A stretch of DNA of 64,000 nucleotides from Aureliella sp. (GCA_963691875.1 OY829846.1:4192001-4256000), one strand, 5' to 3'. Shown: positions 19,659-30,433, counted from the first letter of the stretch. Program-made: numbers and translations. Notes: generated from the letters alone by a model not told the origin.

Positions 19659-21182
19659 TTAGCTAGACAACTCGGGGAGCACGGCGGTGCCGTCGCGATA
19701 CAGCACGTTGTAGGCACAGAAGGGAATGATGTGCCCACTGGGAAGAACGTGGTGGGTGCAACACTTCATGACACGGCGTACGTCAAAATTGTATACGTCC
19801 AAGAATGAAGTGATCGTGATGCGCAGCATGTCCCGCGCTCCCTTGGATTGCTGCATCACACCTTGCAGGAAGTTCTCGATCTCTGCCAGACTCGACCCGT
19901 CCTGCTGGGAGTCGCTGGGCCCGTCGTTCAGGACGGGAAGGGCGCCAGTCGATTCAGTCTCTGAGTCGGTCGAGCAGTCTTGGCCTGGTGTGCAACAGCC
20001 GTTATCTCCGCATGCCAACCGAGCCATGACTTGCTGCGCAAGCGACTGAGTCTGGCTTTTGGTAAAGCTGATGCCATTGGCGAGCAAATCCAAATGTTGC
20101 TTTGCATCGACAAGTTTTGTCAGCGGTGTGAAACCATCCTCTGAGCGCAGCGCGAGTCCTAGCCAATGGCAGTTCGGATGCGCACAAGGAAGCGGAAAGA
20201 AGTCATCTGCATCGAATTGATTGCGAGGATCGTTCACTAAGTTGTCAACGACATCTGGAAAGGTAATTCGCCGCTCCAGTTCTTCGGGCAAGACGTGTCT
20301 GCCACTATACGTCGCGGGTTGATAGCTGAGCCCAGTTACCTCAGGGCGTCCTCTGGCAAACTCTAGCAACTCAGCAGGTGCTTCATCGTTGACGCCGCCT
20401 TGAAGAGTTGCAACCAAAGTGACGTTTAGCCCTGCTTCTGCGAGACGGTCGAGTGCTCGCAGTTTGGTTTCAAGCAGACCGGTTTGTCCGCGCAAAGTGG
20501 CGATGGCTTCGTCACTGAGAGAGTCGAGTTGGAAGTAGATCTCGACGCGCTCGCGCCGTTCCGCCAACTCGTCGACAAGCTCTTGGTCATTGGCGAAGCG
20601 GATCCCGTTGGTGTTGATCATCACGTAGTCGATGGGTTGGCTGAGCGCGTAGTCAACAGCGTCAAGCAGCTGCGGATGCAAAGTCGGCTCGCCGCCCGAA
20701 AGTTGCATCACTTCTGCTCGGCCCTCGGCTAAGACTAATCGATCGATAGCAGCCTTAATCTCATTCAACGACTTATGCTTCTTGCCAGGTGCGCTGGCGG
20801 CGTAGCACATCGGGCAAGTCAGATTACATCCATCGGTGATCTCGATCACGCCGATGCATGTGTGTTGCTCGTGCTCGGAGCAAAGTCCACAATCGTAGGG
20901 GCAGCCTTTATCGGGTTGGGTGTAAGTTTGCTCAGGCAGCTTGGCAGGCAAACTCGTTTCGATCATGTCATAGCGATTCACGTCGCTGCAAACAAAGTCT
21001 TCGCGCGTCCCGTGTTCTGGACAGGACTTGCGAAAGTAGACACGTCCCTTTCGGGAGATGATCTTCGCCTGAACCACTTGGTGACAATCGGGACAGAGGC
21101 TCTGAGTGAGTCCCAAGAATGTGTAGTCACGATGTTTGACCGCGCGTCGCCGTTGCGAAGAAGGATCCGTATCAGTGCTCAT
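19659..21182 (-). CDS. Radical SAM protein of the MJ0619/tetraether synthase (Tes, GDGT-MAS)-like family
   Basis: CPDC...CPEH; CPYDCGLCSEH; radical SAM CNLTCPMC; LSGGEPT; NTNG; CAHPNC; C-terminal DVRRVMKCCTH...IPFCAYN. Confidence 0.85.
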   Translation of the reverse strand: MSTDTDPSSQRRRAVKHRDYTFLGLTQSLCPDCHQVVQAKIISRKGRVYFRKSCPEHGTREDFVCSDVNRYDMIETSLPAKLPEQTYTQPDKGCPYDCGLCSEHEQHTCIGVIEITDGCNLTCPMCYAASAPGKKHKSLNEIKAAIDRLVLAEGRAEVMQLSGGEPTLHPQLLDAVDYALSQPIDYVMINTNGIRFANDQELVDELAERRERVEIYFQLDSLSDEAIATLRGQTGLLETKLRALDRLAEAGLNVTLVATLQGGVNDEAPAELLEFARGRPEVTGLSYQPATYSGRHVLPEELERRITFPDVVDNLVNDPRNQFDADDFFPLPCAHPNCHWLGLALRSEDGFTPLTKLVDAKQHLDLLANGISFTKSQTQSLAQQVMARLACGDNGCCTPGQDCSTDSETESTGALPVLNDGPSDSQQDGSSLAEIENFLQGVMQQSKGARDMLRITITSFLDVYNFDVRRVMKCCTHHVLPSGHIIPFCAYNVLYRDGTAVLPELSS

Positions 21183-21203
21183 ATCAATCTCACAGGAACC
21201 GAC

Positions 21204-21749
21204 TTAGATCGGCAGCCTCAAAGAAAACAGATACATGCCAATGAAGGCCAGTAGAGCGATAATGCCACTCGCACTGAGAATCATCGTCATCGCCTCACTG
21301 CTCGAACCTCTCCAAAAATCACCAGCAGTCGCTAGCGTAGCAGGCAAGCAGACGGCACAGAAGCAAAGGAAGGAAACGATCTCCATGATCAACACGAAGG
21401 AGGTTGATGCAAACAACATCAAGATAGGGCGAGGAAGTGTTCTCTCAGGATGCAGGCGAGAAACTCTCTTCTGTATCATAGGTACTCGAATTGCGCCAAA
21501 AACCGATGCGAATCCGATCATGATGGCCCATTGAAAAATGCCAAGAACTGCAGCGACTACACAAGTTCCGAGAACGGCAGCTAGAGACAGCCAGAATTCG
21601 CTGGGCAAATGCGCGCGTACACGCAGGTGAGTCTGCCCGTCGTCAGTAACCGATGGGGCAAAAGGATTCGCGTTGGCATCGGTCTCAGCACCGACAGTAT
21701 CAGCAGTCGGGAGCACCGGAGGCAAGTCGTTTGAGTCGTTTTCGTCCAT
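21204..21749 (-). CDS. Hypothetical membrane protein (4 TM)
   Basis: NPFAPS N-terminal motif and four hydrophobic segments; 22 bp upstream of the radical SAM gene. Confidence 0.7.
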   Translation of the reverse strand: MDENDSNDLPPVLPTADTVGAETDANANPFAPSVTDDGQTHLRVRAHLPSEFWLSLAAVLGTCVVAAVLGIFQWAIMIGFASVFGAIRVPMIQKRVSRLHPERTLPRPILMLFASTSFVLIMEIVSFLCFCAVCLPATLATAGDFWRGSSSEAMTMILSASGIIALLAFIGMYLFSLRLPI

Positions 21750-21841
21750 TTGGGCTGGCTGTGCGATCCAGTGTTTTGCGAAGTTAAAAGGCTAAGGATA
21801 CCACAGCCATTTGCGCAGGGTCAAACAGTGATTGGCCCTCG

Positions 21842-23575
21842 TTACTTGCGGATCCTGATCGCAAGTTCCGTCAAATCGGAGCGGCGAATGATCCCAATGA
21901 ACTTCTGCGGTTCTTCGTCCGACACCACGGCGAGCACATCATCACTGCTGGCACGAAAAGCCTCGATGACGTCGCTGATGACATCCTGCGGATGAACCAT
22001 GATGCCAGCAGGCGTACTCAAATCCTCCGCGTTAACCAAGAAGTCTAGAGACGAATCAAAAAAGGTATCACTGAGTAGATCGTATCGAATCAGACCGACC
22101 ACTTCATCTTCTTGATTCACCACGACATACGTATTGTCATGACTTCGACGAATGTAGTTGATAACGTCGTCAAAGTCTGCATTTTGCTTCAGTCCCTTAA
22201 CGTTGCTGCGGAGCAGATCAGCCACCTTTAGTGTACTTGGATCGATCTGTTGCTTCGGCGAAAAACCCAACGCGTCTCGAGCCTTGACCCACATCTTGTT
22301 GGCTTGGCTCGTTGCAGTTTCGGTACTGTGATATACGGCCTGAGCAAGTGGGACTTCTCCTGCTTTCATCACGGACCAACGGATCAGTATCGGACCACTA
22401 ATCTCGAAGAAAACGACCGAACCAAGGATGATTGCTTCGAGGTTGCGACCAACTTCAGGCCAACGCTCGGCCGCGAGCGAGGCCAAAGCAATTGCTGCTC
22501 CAGCCTGCGCTAGCATACAACTGCCGAGGTAACGTCGAACGGTCGGCGCTTCGCGATGCCAGCGAGCTGCCCAGCGAATACCAAGAATCTTTCCGGCGCA
22601 TCGAGCCGCGATGTAAACGGCTCCCAAGAGTCCCGCCGCTACGAAGGCCCGTAATTCAAGCTCGGCTCCGTGCACGGCGAAGAAGACGACTATCAGGAGG
22701 CCGGCGATCTTCTCTTGCTCGCCCAAGATCTCCGGCGCTGCGTCGGAAGTGTTGACCAGCATGACACCAGCGACCAAGAATGTCAGCATGAAAGGCAGAT
22801 TCCAGGTCTCGCATAGCCCAAGCAGCAATATCGACGCTGCGATTACCATCACTAACCAGCGGCGACGACTGAGCAGTCCACAACCGAAACTAATGCACAG
22901 CCCCAAGGCAACGCCTAGCAAAATAGCGCCACCCAGACTCACGACCATTTGTCTGGCTTCCTGCACGACATCGCCATCGTATCGAGAAGACAACATCTGC
23001 GCGACCAAGAACAACAACTCAAAAGCGATAATCGCCGCAATGTTGTTTAGTGCGACCAGAACACCTGCAAGTTCCGTTACAGGTCCCTCTGAATTGGATT
23101 CTTTTAGCACCAAGACGGTTGTCGCTGGAGCCGTCGCAAGTGCCAGAGCGCCAAGCAGAACGGCGCTGGAGAGCCCATAACCAAAGCCCCAGACTGATAG
23201 AGTCACCAGCAAGAATGTCGCCAGCAACTCTCCAATGCTTAGACAAGTTGCGTGACGCAAGATGGGTCGAATCTGCGAAACGGGAAAAGCACAGCCCAAC
23301 TCGAGCAAAACCAACGCGATGGCTAGCTTCGTCAGCGGCTCGAGGTGATGGATCTGCTCGGCAGCAATCGCATTTAGCGCACTGGGGCCGACTGCTACTC
23401 CGGCCATCAAATACGCTGTGACTTTGGGAATGCGGATCCAATCGGCCAAGATCCCAGCAGCTAGGGAAGCCAGCAGTAGGACGCCAATCGAAACTGCAGC
23501 GTCAAACTGATGGATCACCCAGGGCCCATCTGCGGAAGCCAGGAAAGGGAAGAGCGTCGCGTCCAGCATCCTCAC
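21842..23575 (-). CDS. Cation:proton antiporter (CPA2-like) with C-terminal CBS pair
   Basis: RIPKVTAYLMAGVAVGPS; ATAPATT; QAGAAIAL; CBS: VVGLIRYD, FIGIIRRSDL. Confidence 0.88.
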   Translation of the reverse strand: MRMLDATLFPFLASADGPWVIHQFDAAVSIGVLLLASLAAGILADWIRIPKVTAYLMAGVAVGPSALNAIAAEQIHHLEPLTKLAIALVLLELGCAFPVSQIRPILRHATCLSIGELLATFLLVTLSVWGFGYGLSSAVLLGALALATAPATTVLVLKESNSEGPVTELAGVLVALNNIAAIIAFELLFLVAQMLSSRYDGDVVQEARQMVVSLGGAILLGVALGLCISFGCGLLSRRRWLVMVIAASILLLGLCETWNLPFMLTFLVAGVMLVNTSDAAPEILGEQEKIAGLLIVVFFAVHGAELELRAFVAAGLLGAVYIAARCAGKILGIRWAARWHREAPTVRRYLGSCMLAQAGAAIALASLAAERWPEVGRNLEAIILGSVVFFEISGPILIRWSVMKAGEVPLAQAVYHSTETATSQANKMWVKARDALGFSPKQQIDPSTLKVADLLRSNVKGLKQNADFDDVINYIRRSHDNTYVVVNQEDEVVGLIRYDLLSDTFFDSSLDFLVNAEDLSTPAGIMVHPQDVISDVIEAFRASSDDVLAVVSDEEPQKFIGIIRRSDLTELAIRIRK

Positions 23576-23647
23576 GCTGCCTCATCCGCCATTAACAACG
23601 CGCCGAACACATCGCTCGAGCAGCTGGCAGGATCCTCATCCATATGC

Positions 23648-25480
23648 TTACTCGGCATTGGCCATTGCATCGAGTTGAATCACAGAGCGATTTTGCTCCT
23701 TCTCAAGAAAGTTGCGGCCATACTTCACATTCACGTGATCCCACGGCAACTTGCTCATCAGCTCGTATGGTTCATGCAATTGTTTCTCGATGTCAATGTC
23801 GCTATCGGCAAGTGCCTTCCACCAGCGGTCTGGATCGAGCATCTCTGTCCAGCCATCCATTCGAGCACCACGCTGCCAAGCCAATTCGATGGCATCGCAA
23901 GTGCGGCGATCGCCACGGCTCAACACTCCTTCAAGCAAGCTCGTTTCGATATTGTGGCACTTGATGTTAACAGAGCGAATCTTGCGTTGCTTCCAAAGAT
24001 GCTTGTGCGCCCACTGGAAGTATTCGCGTCGCTGCATACCGTTCCATTGATACGGCGTATGCGCTTTCGGCACGAAGTTCGAGACGCTGGCGGTGACTTT
24101 CGGATTGCGGCCTTTGATTTCCTTGCCAATTCTGGAAATTGTTTCAGCCATCTCAACGATACCGTCTAAATCGACAGGACGCTCGCCAGGCAGTCCACAC
24201 ATGAAATAGAGCTTCACGGACTCGTAGTTATTCTTAAAGGCTACGCGGCAGCCCTCGTACAAGTCCTCATTCTTGATTTTCTTTCGGATCTGCTCTCGCA
24301 TGTCATCTCTAGCCACCTCAGGTGCAAGAGTAAGTCCAGAGCGACGGCCGTTACCAACCAAATCCGCGATTGTCCGAAGTTGCTCGTTCACCCGTAGGCT
24401 CGGCACTGAAATATTCACACCGAGCGGATTGAATGTTGCCTTAAGTTGGGTGACAAGTTCTTCGAAATGGGGGTAGTCACTACTGGAAAGAGAAAGAATG
24501 CTGATTTCGTTGAAGCCAGTATTCTTATAACTATCCATCGCACCATTGATGATCGTGTCCACGCTACGAATTCGCAGCGGACGCTTGATCACAGTGCTTT
24601 GGCAGAAACGGCATTGCCAAGGACAACCGCGCATGATCTCGATCGCGATACGATCATGCACACATTCGACATAGGGCACGATTGGGGCGGTCGGAAGAGG
24701 AATGCCATCTAAGTCTTTGATGACACTTGGCTCGATCGTCTCGGGCACGTCGCCTCGCGAACGATTCAGTGCGATGATGCGCCCGTCGCGATACTCTGGT
24801 TCATAGAATCGCGGTACGTAAGCGAAGGGCAGTCGTGTCGCGAGTTCAGCCAAAGCCTCTTCACGCTGCTTCACTCCAGCTTCGCCTTGAAGCCAGCCGC
24901 CGTTTTCCTTGGCCGCGTCACGCAGTTCCAACCACAAGTCGCAGATCAAAGGCAAAGCGGGCTCACCGTCACCTGTCACAAACACATCAATGAACTCTGC
25001 CATCGACTCTGGATTCTGTGCACAAGGGCCACCAGCCAAGATCAGCGGATCTGCCATCGTGCGTTTATTCGCGCGAATAGGGATTCCCCCGAGGTCCAAC
25101 ATCGTTAGCACGTTAGGCGATGAGATCTCGTACTGGAGCGAGAAACCGACGATGTCAAAATTGCTAAGCGGCGTAAAGGTCTCGAGTGAGTAGAGCGGCA
25201 ACTGATGCTGCCTAAGCTGCTCCTCCATGTCTGGCCAAGGTGTGAAGCAACGCTCGGCCACCCAGTCCGCCCGGCGATTCATCAGCGAATAGAGAACTTG
25301 CAGGCCGTGGTGGCTCATGCCAATTGTGTAGGCATCAGGGAAGCACAAGCAGAGGCTGCCAGCCACCTCTTTGTGATTCTTAACCACAATATTTCGCTCA
25401 CCACCCACGTATTGTCCAGGCATCTTTACTTTGGCGAGGACGTGGCGAACCAAGTGTTCTTTCAGGTCAGTATTGATCAT
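23648..25480 (-). CDS. TIGR03960-type B12-binding-like radical SAM protein
   Basis: PGQYVGGE; FPDAYTIGMSH; GFSLQYE; EIMRGCPWQCRFCQ; GLTLAPE; KLYFMCGLP; LPWDH. Confidence 0.9.
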   Translation of the reverse strand: MINTDLKEHLVRHVLAKVKMPGQYVGGERNIVVKNHKEVAGSLCLCFPDAYTIGMSHHGLQVLYSLMNRRADWVAERCFTPWPDMEEQLRQHQLPLYSLETFTPLSNFDIVGFSLQYEISSPNVLTMLDLGGIPIRANKRTMADPLILAGGPCAQNPESMAEFIDVFVTGDGEPALPLICDLWLELRDAAKENGGWLQGEAGVKQREEALAELATRLPFAYVPRFYEPEYRDGRIIALNRSRGDVPETIEPSVIKDLDGIPLPTAPIVPYVECVHDRIAIEIMRGCPWQCRFCQSTVIKRPLRIRSVDTIINGAMDSYKNTGFNEISILSLSSSDYPHFEELVTQLKATFNPLGVNISVPSLRVNEQLRTIADLVGNGRRSGLTLAPEVARDDMREQIRKKIKNEDLYEGCRVAFKNNYESVKLYFMCGLPGERPVDLDGIVEMAETISRIGKEIKGRNPKVTASVSNFVPKAHTPYQWNGMQRREYFQWAHKHLWKQRKIRSVNIKCHNIETSLLEGVLSRGDRRTCDAIELAWQRGARMDGWTEMLDPDRWWKALADSDIDIEKQLHEPYELMSKLPWDHVNVKYGRNFLEKEQNRSVIQLDAMANAE

Positions 25481-25715
25481 GGAATCAGGTGAATGTCAAA
25501 GGGAGTGCAGCTGGTTCGGCATGGAACTTGTTCTTAAAGCCATCAGCTTAATTCGTGCTTGAAGTTGTCCAAGCTGAAATGATTCGTTGAAGAATTGCTC
25601 GTGACCGCGGCAATTTTCCCAATAAGCTTACCAGAAGGTGTCGTTTTTCCCTACGCACCTCTGATCTGCGACATGGCAGATCCAGGTTGCTTTTTGCAAA
25701 AGATGATCCTCTGGA

Positions 25716-25766
25716 AGCCCGAAGCGTCAGCGAGGGATCAGCCCTGTCCCTCGATTGCGTATCGTG
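25716..25766. repeat. REP-like element, family A copy 2 (degenerate right arm)
   Basis: AGCCCGAAGCGTCAGCGAGGGA...TCCCTCG; left arm resembles 6312-6330. Confidence 0.6.
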
Positions 25767-25790
25767 AAAGTGTCTAGTGAGCGGCTAGGG

Positions 25791-27665
25791 TTACCTCGCG
25801 ATGCTTTTCACGCGCGACAGCAAACGCGGGATGTATCCGTTGTAACGCTTGGCGGTGGTTCCATCGTGGGCAGGCAACTTCTGCAGTGTGCCGAGCTCCG
25901 ACTTTTCAGGCTTGCACCAATCGAGGCAGTTTAGGGCGGTGATCGCGACAAAGGTGCTCGTCTCCTCTGCGTTGATCATGCTGGCGAGTCGCTCCATGGA
26001 TTCTTCTCGTTGCTTCTCACCGCCAAATCTCGCAAGCGTTTCATTAGCAAGGCAACGAACGTATGAATTCTTGTCTTCTGCTAGTCGCTCTGCGATTTCA
26101 ACGGCATCCGCAATCTTCATGTCTCGCATACAGCGAATCAGACAACCCGTTGCTGCCCAAAATCGCACACCTGCATCTGAGCCGCTTGACAAGGCCATTA
26201 GTTTGCCGAGGTCTCCGGTTGTCGGTCGACTGGCCAAATCTGCGGCTTCAAATAGATCCTCGATGGGATACGCATTGGTATGTCCATAGTCGTAAGGTGT
26301 GCTATCGCTGCTACGAGCGATCATTTCGCCTTCTGGCAATAACCCCAAGTCGCGGATTCCCAACATCCATGTCTTTAGCTCACCACGGAACCGCTCAAGC
26401 GTTCCTTTATGTTCTGTGTCGGCGGCCAAGTTGTTGATTTGGTAAGGGTCATTCTTCAGGTCGTAGAGTTCTTCGGAAGCCTTGGGGCGCCAGAAAACAC
26501 TCTGAGCATCGGTCAGCTTGCCTTCGTCAAACATCCGCTTCCAGACTTGCGTGGTTGGCGTCTTGAACATGTAATCCAAGTAAGAACCTTGCGGACGTTG
26601 CGGCTTGAAGTTTCGGATGTAGGTAAAGCGCTGGTCGCGGATAGCTCGCGACATATCATAACGCTCGTCCATACGATCACGGAATCCGAAGATGTATTCT
26701 GGATCGGGTGTCGCGTGCGGCCCGAGAAAGGCTTTACCATGGAGATGCGCCGGAGCGGCTTTGCCGGCGAGACTGAGAACGGTAGGTACGAGGTCCACGA
26801 AACTCACCAAGCGATTCGAAGTCGTTCCTGTCTTGTATTGGCCCTTGACCAAGTGTTGCAATTTCCCAGGCACGCTGACAATCATCGGAACACGAAGTCC
26901 ACTTTCGTAGAGCCAACGTTTGCCACGTGGCATGCCGCTGCCGTGGTCGCCGTAGTAGAAGATGATGGTATTGTCTTCTAGGCCATCTTCCTTGAGTTGC
27001 CCCAAAATGCCGCCGACTTGGCGATCCATCTCGGTCAAGCGGTCGTAGTACTGTGCCCAATCTTGCCGAACTTCCGGTGTGTCTGGATGATAGGGGGGGA
27101 CGAAAACTTTGGTGGCATCATGAACGGCTTTGTGAGGACGTGTTCGCAGCTTACTTTCGTGACTGATCGTGAAGTTGAAGACCGCAAAGAACGGCTGGCC
27201 CTCCTTGCGCTTTCGCCAATGTGCTTTGCCACTGGACTCGTTCCAAATGTCGCCAGCTGGCGTGTGGAAGTTATAGTCCGTCTTGGAGTTATTTGTGCAG
27301 TAGTAGCCCAGCTCGCGAAAGTACTGTGGATAGAGCTTGGCGACTTTCGGCAAGTCAACTTGGCTCCGCATGTGTTGCCCGCCGAGGCTCGTCGGAAACA
27401 GTCCGGTAACGATTGTGGTTCGAGCAGGGGCGCAAACGGGAGCATTCGACCAGCAACTTCGATACATCATCCCGCGCTTCGCCAGACCGTCGATATACGG
27501 CGTGTCGGAGTAGTCGTCGCCGTAGCAGCCCAACTCTGGGCCGTTGTCTTCCGAGGTAATCCATAGGATATTCGGCGGCGTCTCCTCGGCCATCAAGGAA
27601 GCATTGAACAAGCTCGCGATCGTAAGGCAGAGTATCGTGGGACCAAGTTGCAATCGTCGTCGCAC
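25791..27665 (-). CDS. Sulfatase (formylglycine-dependent S1) with helical C-terminal extension
   Basis: PNILWITSED; CAPAR; GDHG; SFVDLVPT; EELYDL..DP. Confidence 0.93.
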   Translation of the reverse strand: MRRRLQLGPTILCLTIASLFNASLMAEETPPNILWITSEDNGPELGCYGDDYSDTPYIDGLAKRGMMYRSCWSNAPVCAPARTTIVTGLFPTSLGGQHMRSQVDLPKVAKLYPQYFRELGYYCTNNSKTDYNFHTPAGDIWNESSGKAHWRKRKEGQPFFAVFNFTISHESKLRTRPHKAVHDATKVFVPPYHPDTPEVRQDWAQYYDRLTEMDRQVGGILGQLKEDGLEDNTIIFYYGDHGSGMPRGKRWLYESGLRVPMIVSVPGKLQHLVKGQYKTGTTSNRLVSFVDLVPTVLSLAGKAAPAHLHGKAFLGPHATPDPEYIFGFRDRMDERYDMSRAIRDQRFTYIRNFKPQRPQGSYLDYMFKTPTTQVWKRMFDEGKLTDAQSVFWRPKASEELYDLKNDPYQINNLAADTEHKGTLERFRGELKTWMLGIRDLGLLPEGEMIARSSDSTPYDYGHTNAYPIEDLFEAADLASRPTTGDLGKLMALSSGSDAGVRFWAATGCLIRCMRDMKIADAVEIAERLAEDKNSYVRCLANETLARFGGEKQREESMERLASMINAEETSTFVAITALNCLDWCKPEKSELGTLQKLPAHDGTTAKRYNGYIPRLLSRVKSIAR

Positions 27666-27826
27666 AGGACAGCTCCTCGTTTGGGGCGGGTTGGACAGGA
27701 AAGCCGCGAAAGTCGAGCTCGATGGGCCTGTTTTCGCATTGGGCGGTGTGAGTAAAATGTCGGCATCACCATTCGTGCTTACAATTCAACTCATACCTCA
27801 ACATGATAACTGCTCAGGAGTTACCC

Positions 27827-28465
27827 ATGACCCGAATTGCGACTGTTCTCTGTATCTGTTTGGCTGCCACAACTGGTTTTGCCCAAGAAACAAAAGAAGC
27901 CGAAACCAAGAAGGACACGAAGGCCGAAATCAAAGACATCAATGTCGTCATCAAGACCGAGAAAGGAGATATTGAGTGTGTGATCTATGCCAAAAAAGTA
28001 CCTCTGACCTCCGCCAACTTTTTGAATTTGGCCAAACGCGGCTATTACGACGGTCTCATGTTTCACCGAGTGATTCCAAACTTCATGATCCAGGGTGGCG
28101 ATCCCAATGGAACGGGCACTGGGGGCCCAGGTTATAAGTTTGAAGATGAGACGCTAAAGGAGCTGAAGCATGATGGGCCAGGTGTCCTTTCCATGGCGAA
28201 CTCGGATCGAGGAAAACAGGCTTACTCGAATTCAGGAAAGACCAATGGATCGCAGTTCTTTATTACCCATGTGAAGACTGACTGGCTTGACGGTATGCAT
28301 ACCGTGTTCGGCAAAGTGACCAAGGGACAAGACGTTGTCGACAAGATTCGCGGACGTGACAAAATCAAGACAATCGAGATCAAGGATAGTGTCGAAGCTC
28401 TGTTCAAGGCAAAGAAAGCCCGAATTGGCTACTGGAATCGCATCTTGGATGAACAGAAGAAGTAA
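27827..28465 (+). CDS. Secreted cyclophilin-type peptidyl-prolyl isomerase
   Basis: Signal peptide; [46 protein letters not shown] before ATG 27827. Confidence 0.92.
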   Translation: MTRIATVLCICLAATTGFAQETKEAETKKDTKAEIKDINVVIKTEKGDIECVIYAKKVPLTSANFLNLAKRGYYDGLMFHRVIPNFMIQGGDPNGTGTGGPGYKFEDETLKELKHDGPGVLSMANSDRGKQAYSNSGKTNGSQFFITHVKTDWLDGMHTVFGKVTKGQDVVDKIRGRDKIKTIEIKDSVEALFKAKKARIGYWNRILDEQKK

Positions 28466-28560
28466 GCCAATCGGCCGAAAGTCTCGACGACTACCTACTT
28501 ACTATGACGCTGCCCACTTTTTTTGCTGGGTAGCGTTTTACTTTTCCAAAGGATGAAAAA

Positions 28561-29049
28561 GTGCCAACGATTAAGACCAATCACGGCGATATCAAAATTG
28601 AACTCTTCGCCGAGGAAGCTCCTGTCTCGACTGAGAATTTTTTGGCTTATGCTAAAGAGGGCTTCTACAGCGGAACGATCTTCCACCGCATCATTGACGG
28701 CTTCATGGCTCAAGGTGGTGGTTTCACCGCCGACATGAATCGCAAGGAAACTAAAGAGCCCATTCAGAACGAAGCGGGTAACGGGTTAAAGAATGACAAG
28801 TATACGCTTGCCATGGCGCGAACTTCGGATCCTGATAGCGCTACCAGCCAGTTCTTCATTAATACCAGCAATAACGACTTCTTGAATCGAGATACATGCC
28901 AAGACGGCGTGGGGTACGCTGTATTCGGCAAAGTCATCGAAGGAATGGAGGTCGTCGACCAGATTGGCAAAGTCGCCACCGGGGTTCAAGCTGGCATGCA
29001 AGACGTGCCTAACGAATCCGTCGTCATCGAATCCGTTGAAGTCGATTGA
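28561..29049 (+). CDS. ppiB: Cytoplasmic cyclophilin (PpiB-like)
   Basis: [40 protein letters not shown]. Confidence 0.9.
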   Translation: MPTIKTNHGDIKIELFAEEAPVSTENFLAYAKEGFYSGTIFHRIIDGFMAQGGGFTADMNRKETKEPIQNEAGNGLKNDKYTLAMARTSDPDSATSQFFINTSNNDFLNRDTCQDGVGYAVFGKVIEGMEVVDQIGKVATGVQAGMQDVPNESVVIESVEVD

Positions 29050-29086
29050 CGCGCTGCTACTACGCGCGGCGACGTGAAGAGTCGCC

Positions 29087-30433
29087 CTACTTTTTCTTGA
29101 TGCTATAAATGCGGGCGGCGGTGCGAATCAGCAATCGTTCGCCTGCAATGGCAGGTGTGGCCATGCCCATGTCTTCGGCCGCAAGCTCATTCTTTCCGAG
29201 CACTTCGAAGTCTTTGCCCGCCTTCACGACAAAAGTGCTGCCATCTTCACTTAAGCAAAATAGCTTGTCATTGTAGGCCCAGGGCGACGAAGTGAATCCG
29301 GAAACGCCAGCGACTCGACGGCGGTCGTATACCTCAGCTCCCGTTTTTGCATCAAAGGCGTTCATAAATCCTCGATCATGCAGCACATACAAAATTCCTT
29401 TGTAGGTAATCGTTGATGGATTGTATGGTCCGCCTTGTGGTTGACACCAAGCGATAAACTCGTTTTTCGTTTCGCCTTTTGCCAACGAAATGTCACCATT
29501 TGCACCTGGACGAATGGCGTAAAGTGGTCGAGATTTGTCGCCCACGTAACCCGAGCTAATAATCAATAGACCTTCATGTTCATAAGGCGTTGCGATGGTG
29601 ATACTGGACATGCCTTTGAAGGACCAGAGTTCGTTGCCAGCTAAGTCATAGGAACGAACTCGGCCCGTTCCGGGTGTGACAATCTCAGCGCGATCTTTGG
29701 TCTTCCATACGTAGGGAGTTGCCCAGTTGCTTTTCTCTTTTCGCGCCTTTCGCCACAATTCGTCGCCCGTGTTCTTGTCCAAAGCGAGCAAGTATGACTC
29801 TTCTTCGTTGTCATGGAGAATGTACAAGCGATCTTCATGCAAAACAGGCGAAGCGGCGGTGCCCCAACCGTAACGCGTCTTGTATGGAGGCAAGTCTCTG
29901 TTCCAGACCTGATTGCCTTTCAGATCGAAGCAGAAGACACCCATGCCGCCAAAAACAACGTAAAGATGTTTCCCGTCGGTCACAGGGGTTTCTGAGGCGA
30001 AACTGTTCTTGATATGAATCGAAGTTTGCGGAGCTGCACTTCGAACACTCTTTTCCCACTGAGTACTACCATCGCTCAGTCTTAGGCAGATCACGCGCCA
30101 AGAGTGCTGGGAGCTAGGTGGCTTGGGGCGATTTCCACCGAAGTACAGACCTTTCTTGGGCACTTCGGACTCGCCTTCGTTGATGACCGTCGTCAGAAAA
30201 ACGCGATCTCCCCAGATAACAGGGGACGACCAGCCGCGGCCTGGCAAATCCGATTTCCATTCCACATTCTCCGTTTCAGACCATGTCTCAGGCAGGTTAG
30301 GATTGTCGGAGACTACGCCGGTCACATTGGCACCGCGAAATTGCGGCCAGTTTCCAGGATCACTCGCTTCCTGAGCACTGGCGAGGACAGAGCTTAATAA
30401 ACAGAAACAAACCAGCAATTGCAAAGGCTTCAT
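29087..30433 (-). CDS. PQQ-like beta-propeller repeat protein (secreted)
   Basis: NWPQFRG; GWSSPVIWGDRVF; ASETPVTDG; ALDKNTGDELW; ATPAIAGERLLIRT. Confidence 0.9.
   Translation of the reverse strand: MKPLQLLVCFCLLSSVLASAQEASDPGNWPQFRGANVTGVVSDNPNLPETWSETENVEWKSDLPGRGWSSPVIWGDRVFLTTVINEGESEVPKKGLYFGGNRPKPPSSQHSWRVICLRLSDGSTQWEKSVRSAAPQTSIHIKNSFASETPVTDGKHLYVVFGGMGVFCFDLKGNQVWNRDLPPYKTRYGWGTAASPVLHEDRLYILHDNEEESYLLALDKNTGDELWRKARKEKSNWATPYVWKTKDRAEIVTPGTGRVRSYDLAGNELWSFKGMSSITIATPYEHEGLLIISSGYVGDKSRPLYAIRPGANGDISLAKGETKNEFIAWCQPQGGPYNPSTITYKGILYVLHDRGFMNAFDAKTGAEVYDRRRVAGVSGFTSSPWAYNDKLFCLSEDGSTFVVKAGKDFEVLGKNELAAEDMGMATPAIAGERLLIRTAARIYSIKKK

Noticed and set aside
25481..25790. Cobalamin riboswitch upstream of the B12-type radical SAM gene
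   Set aside because: I found no B12-box or conserved core; the region holds only a REP-like element.
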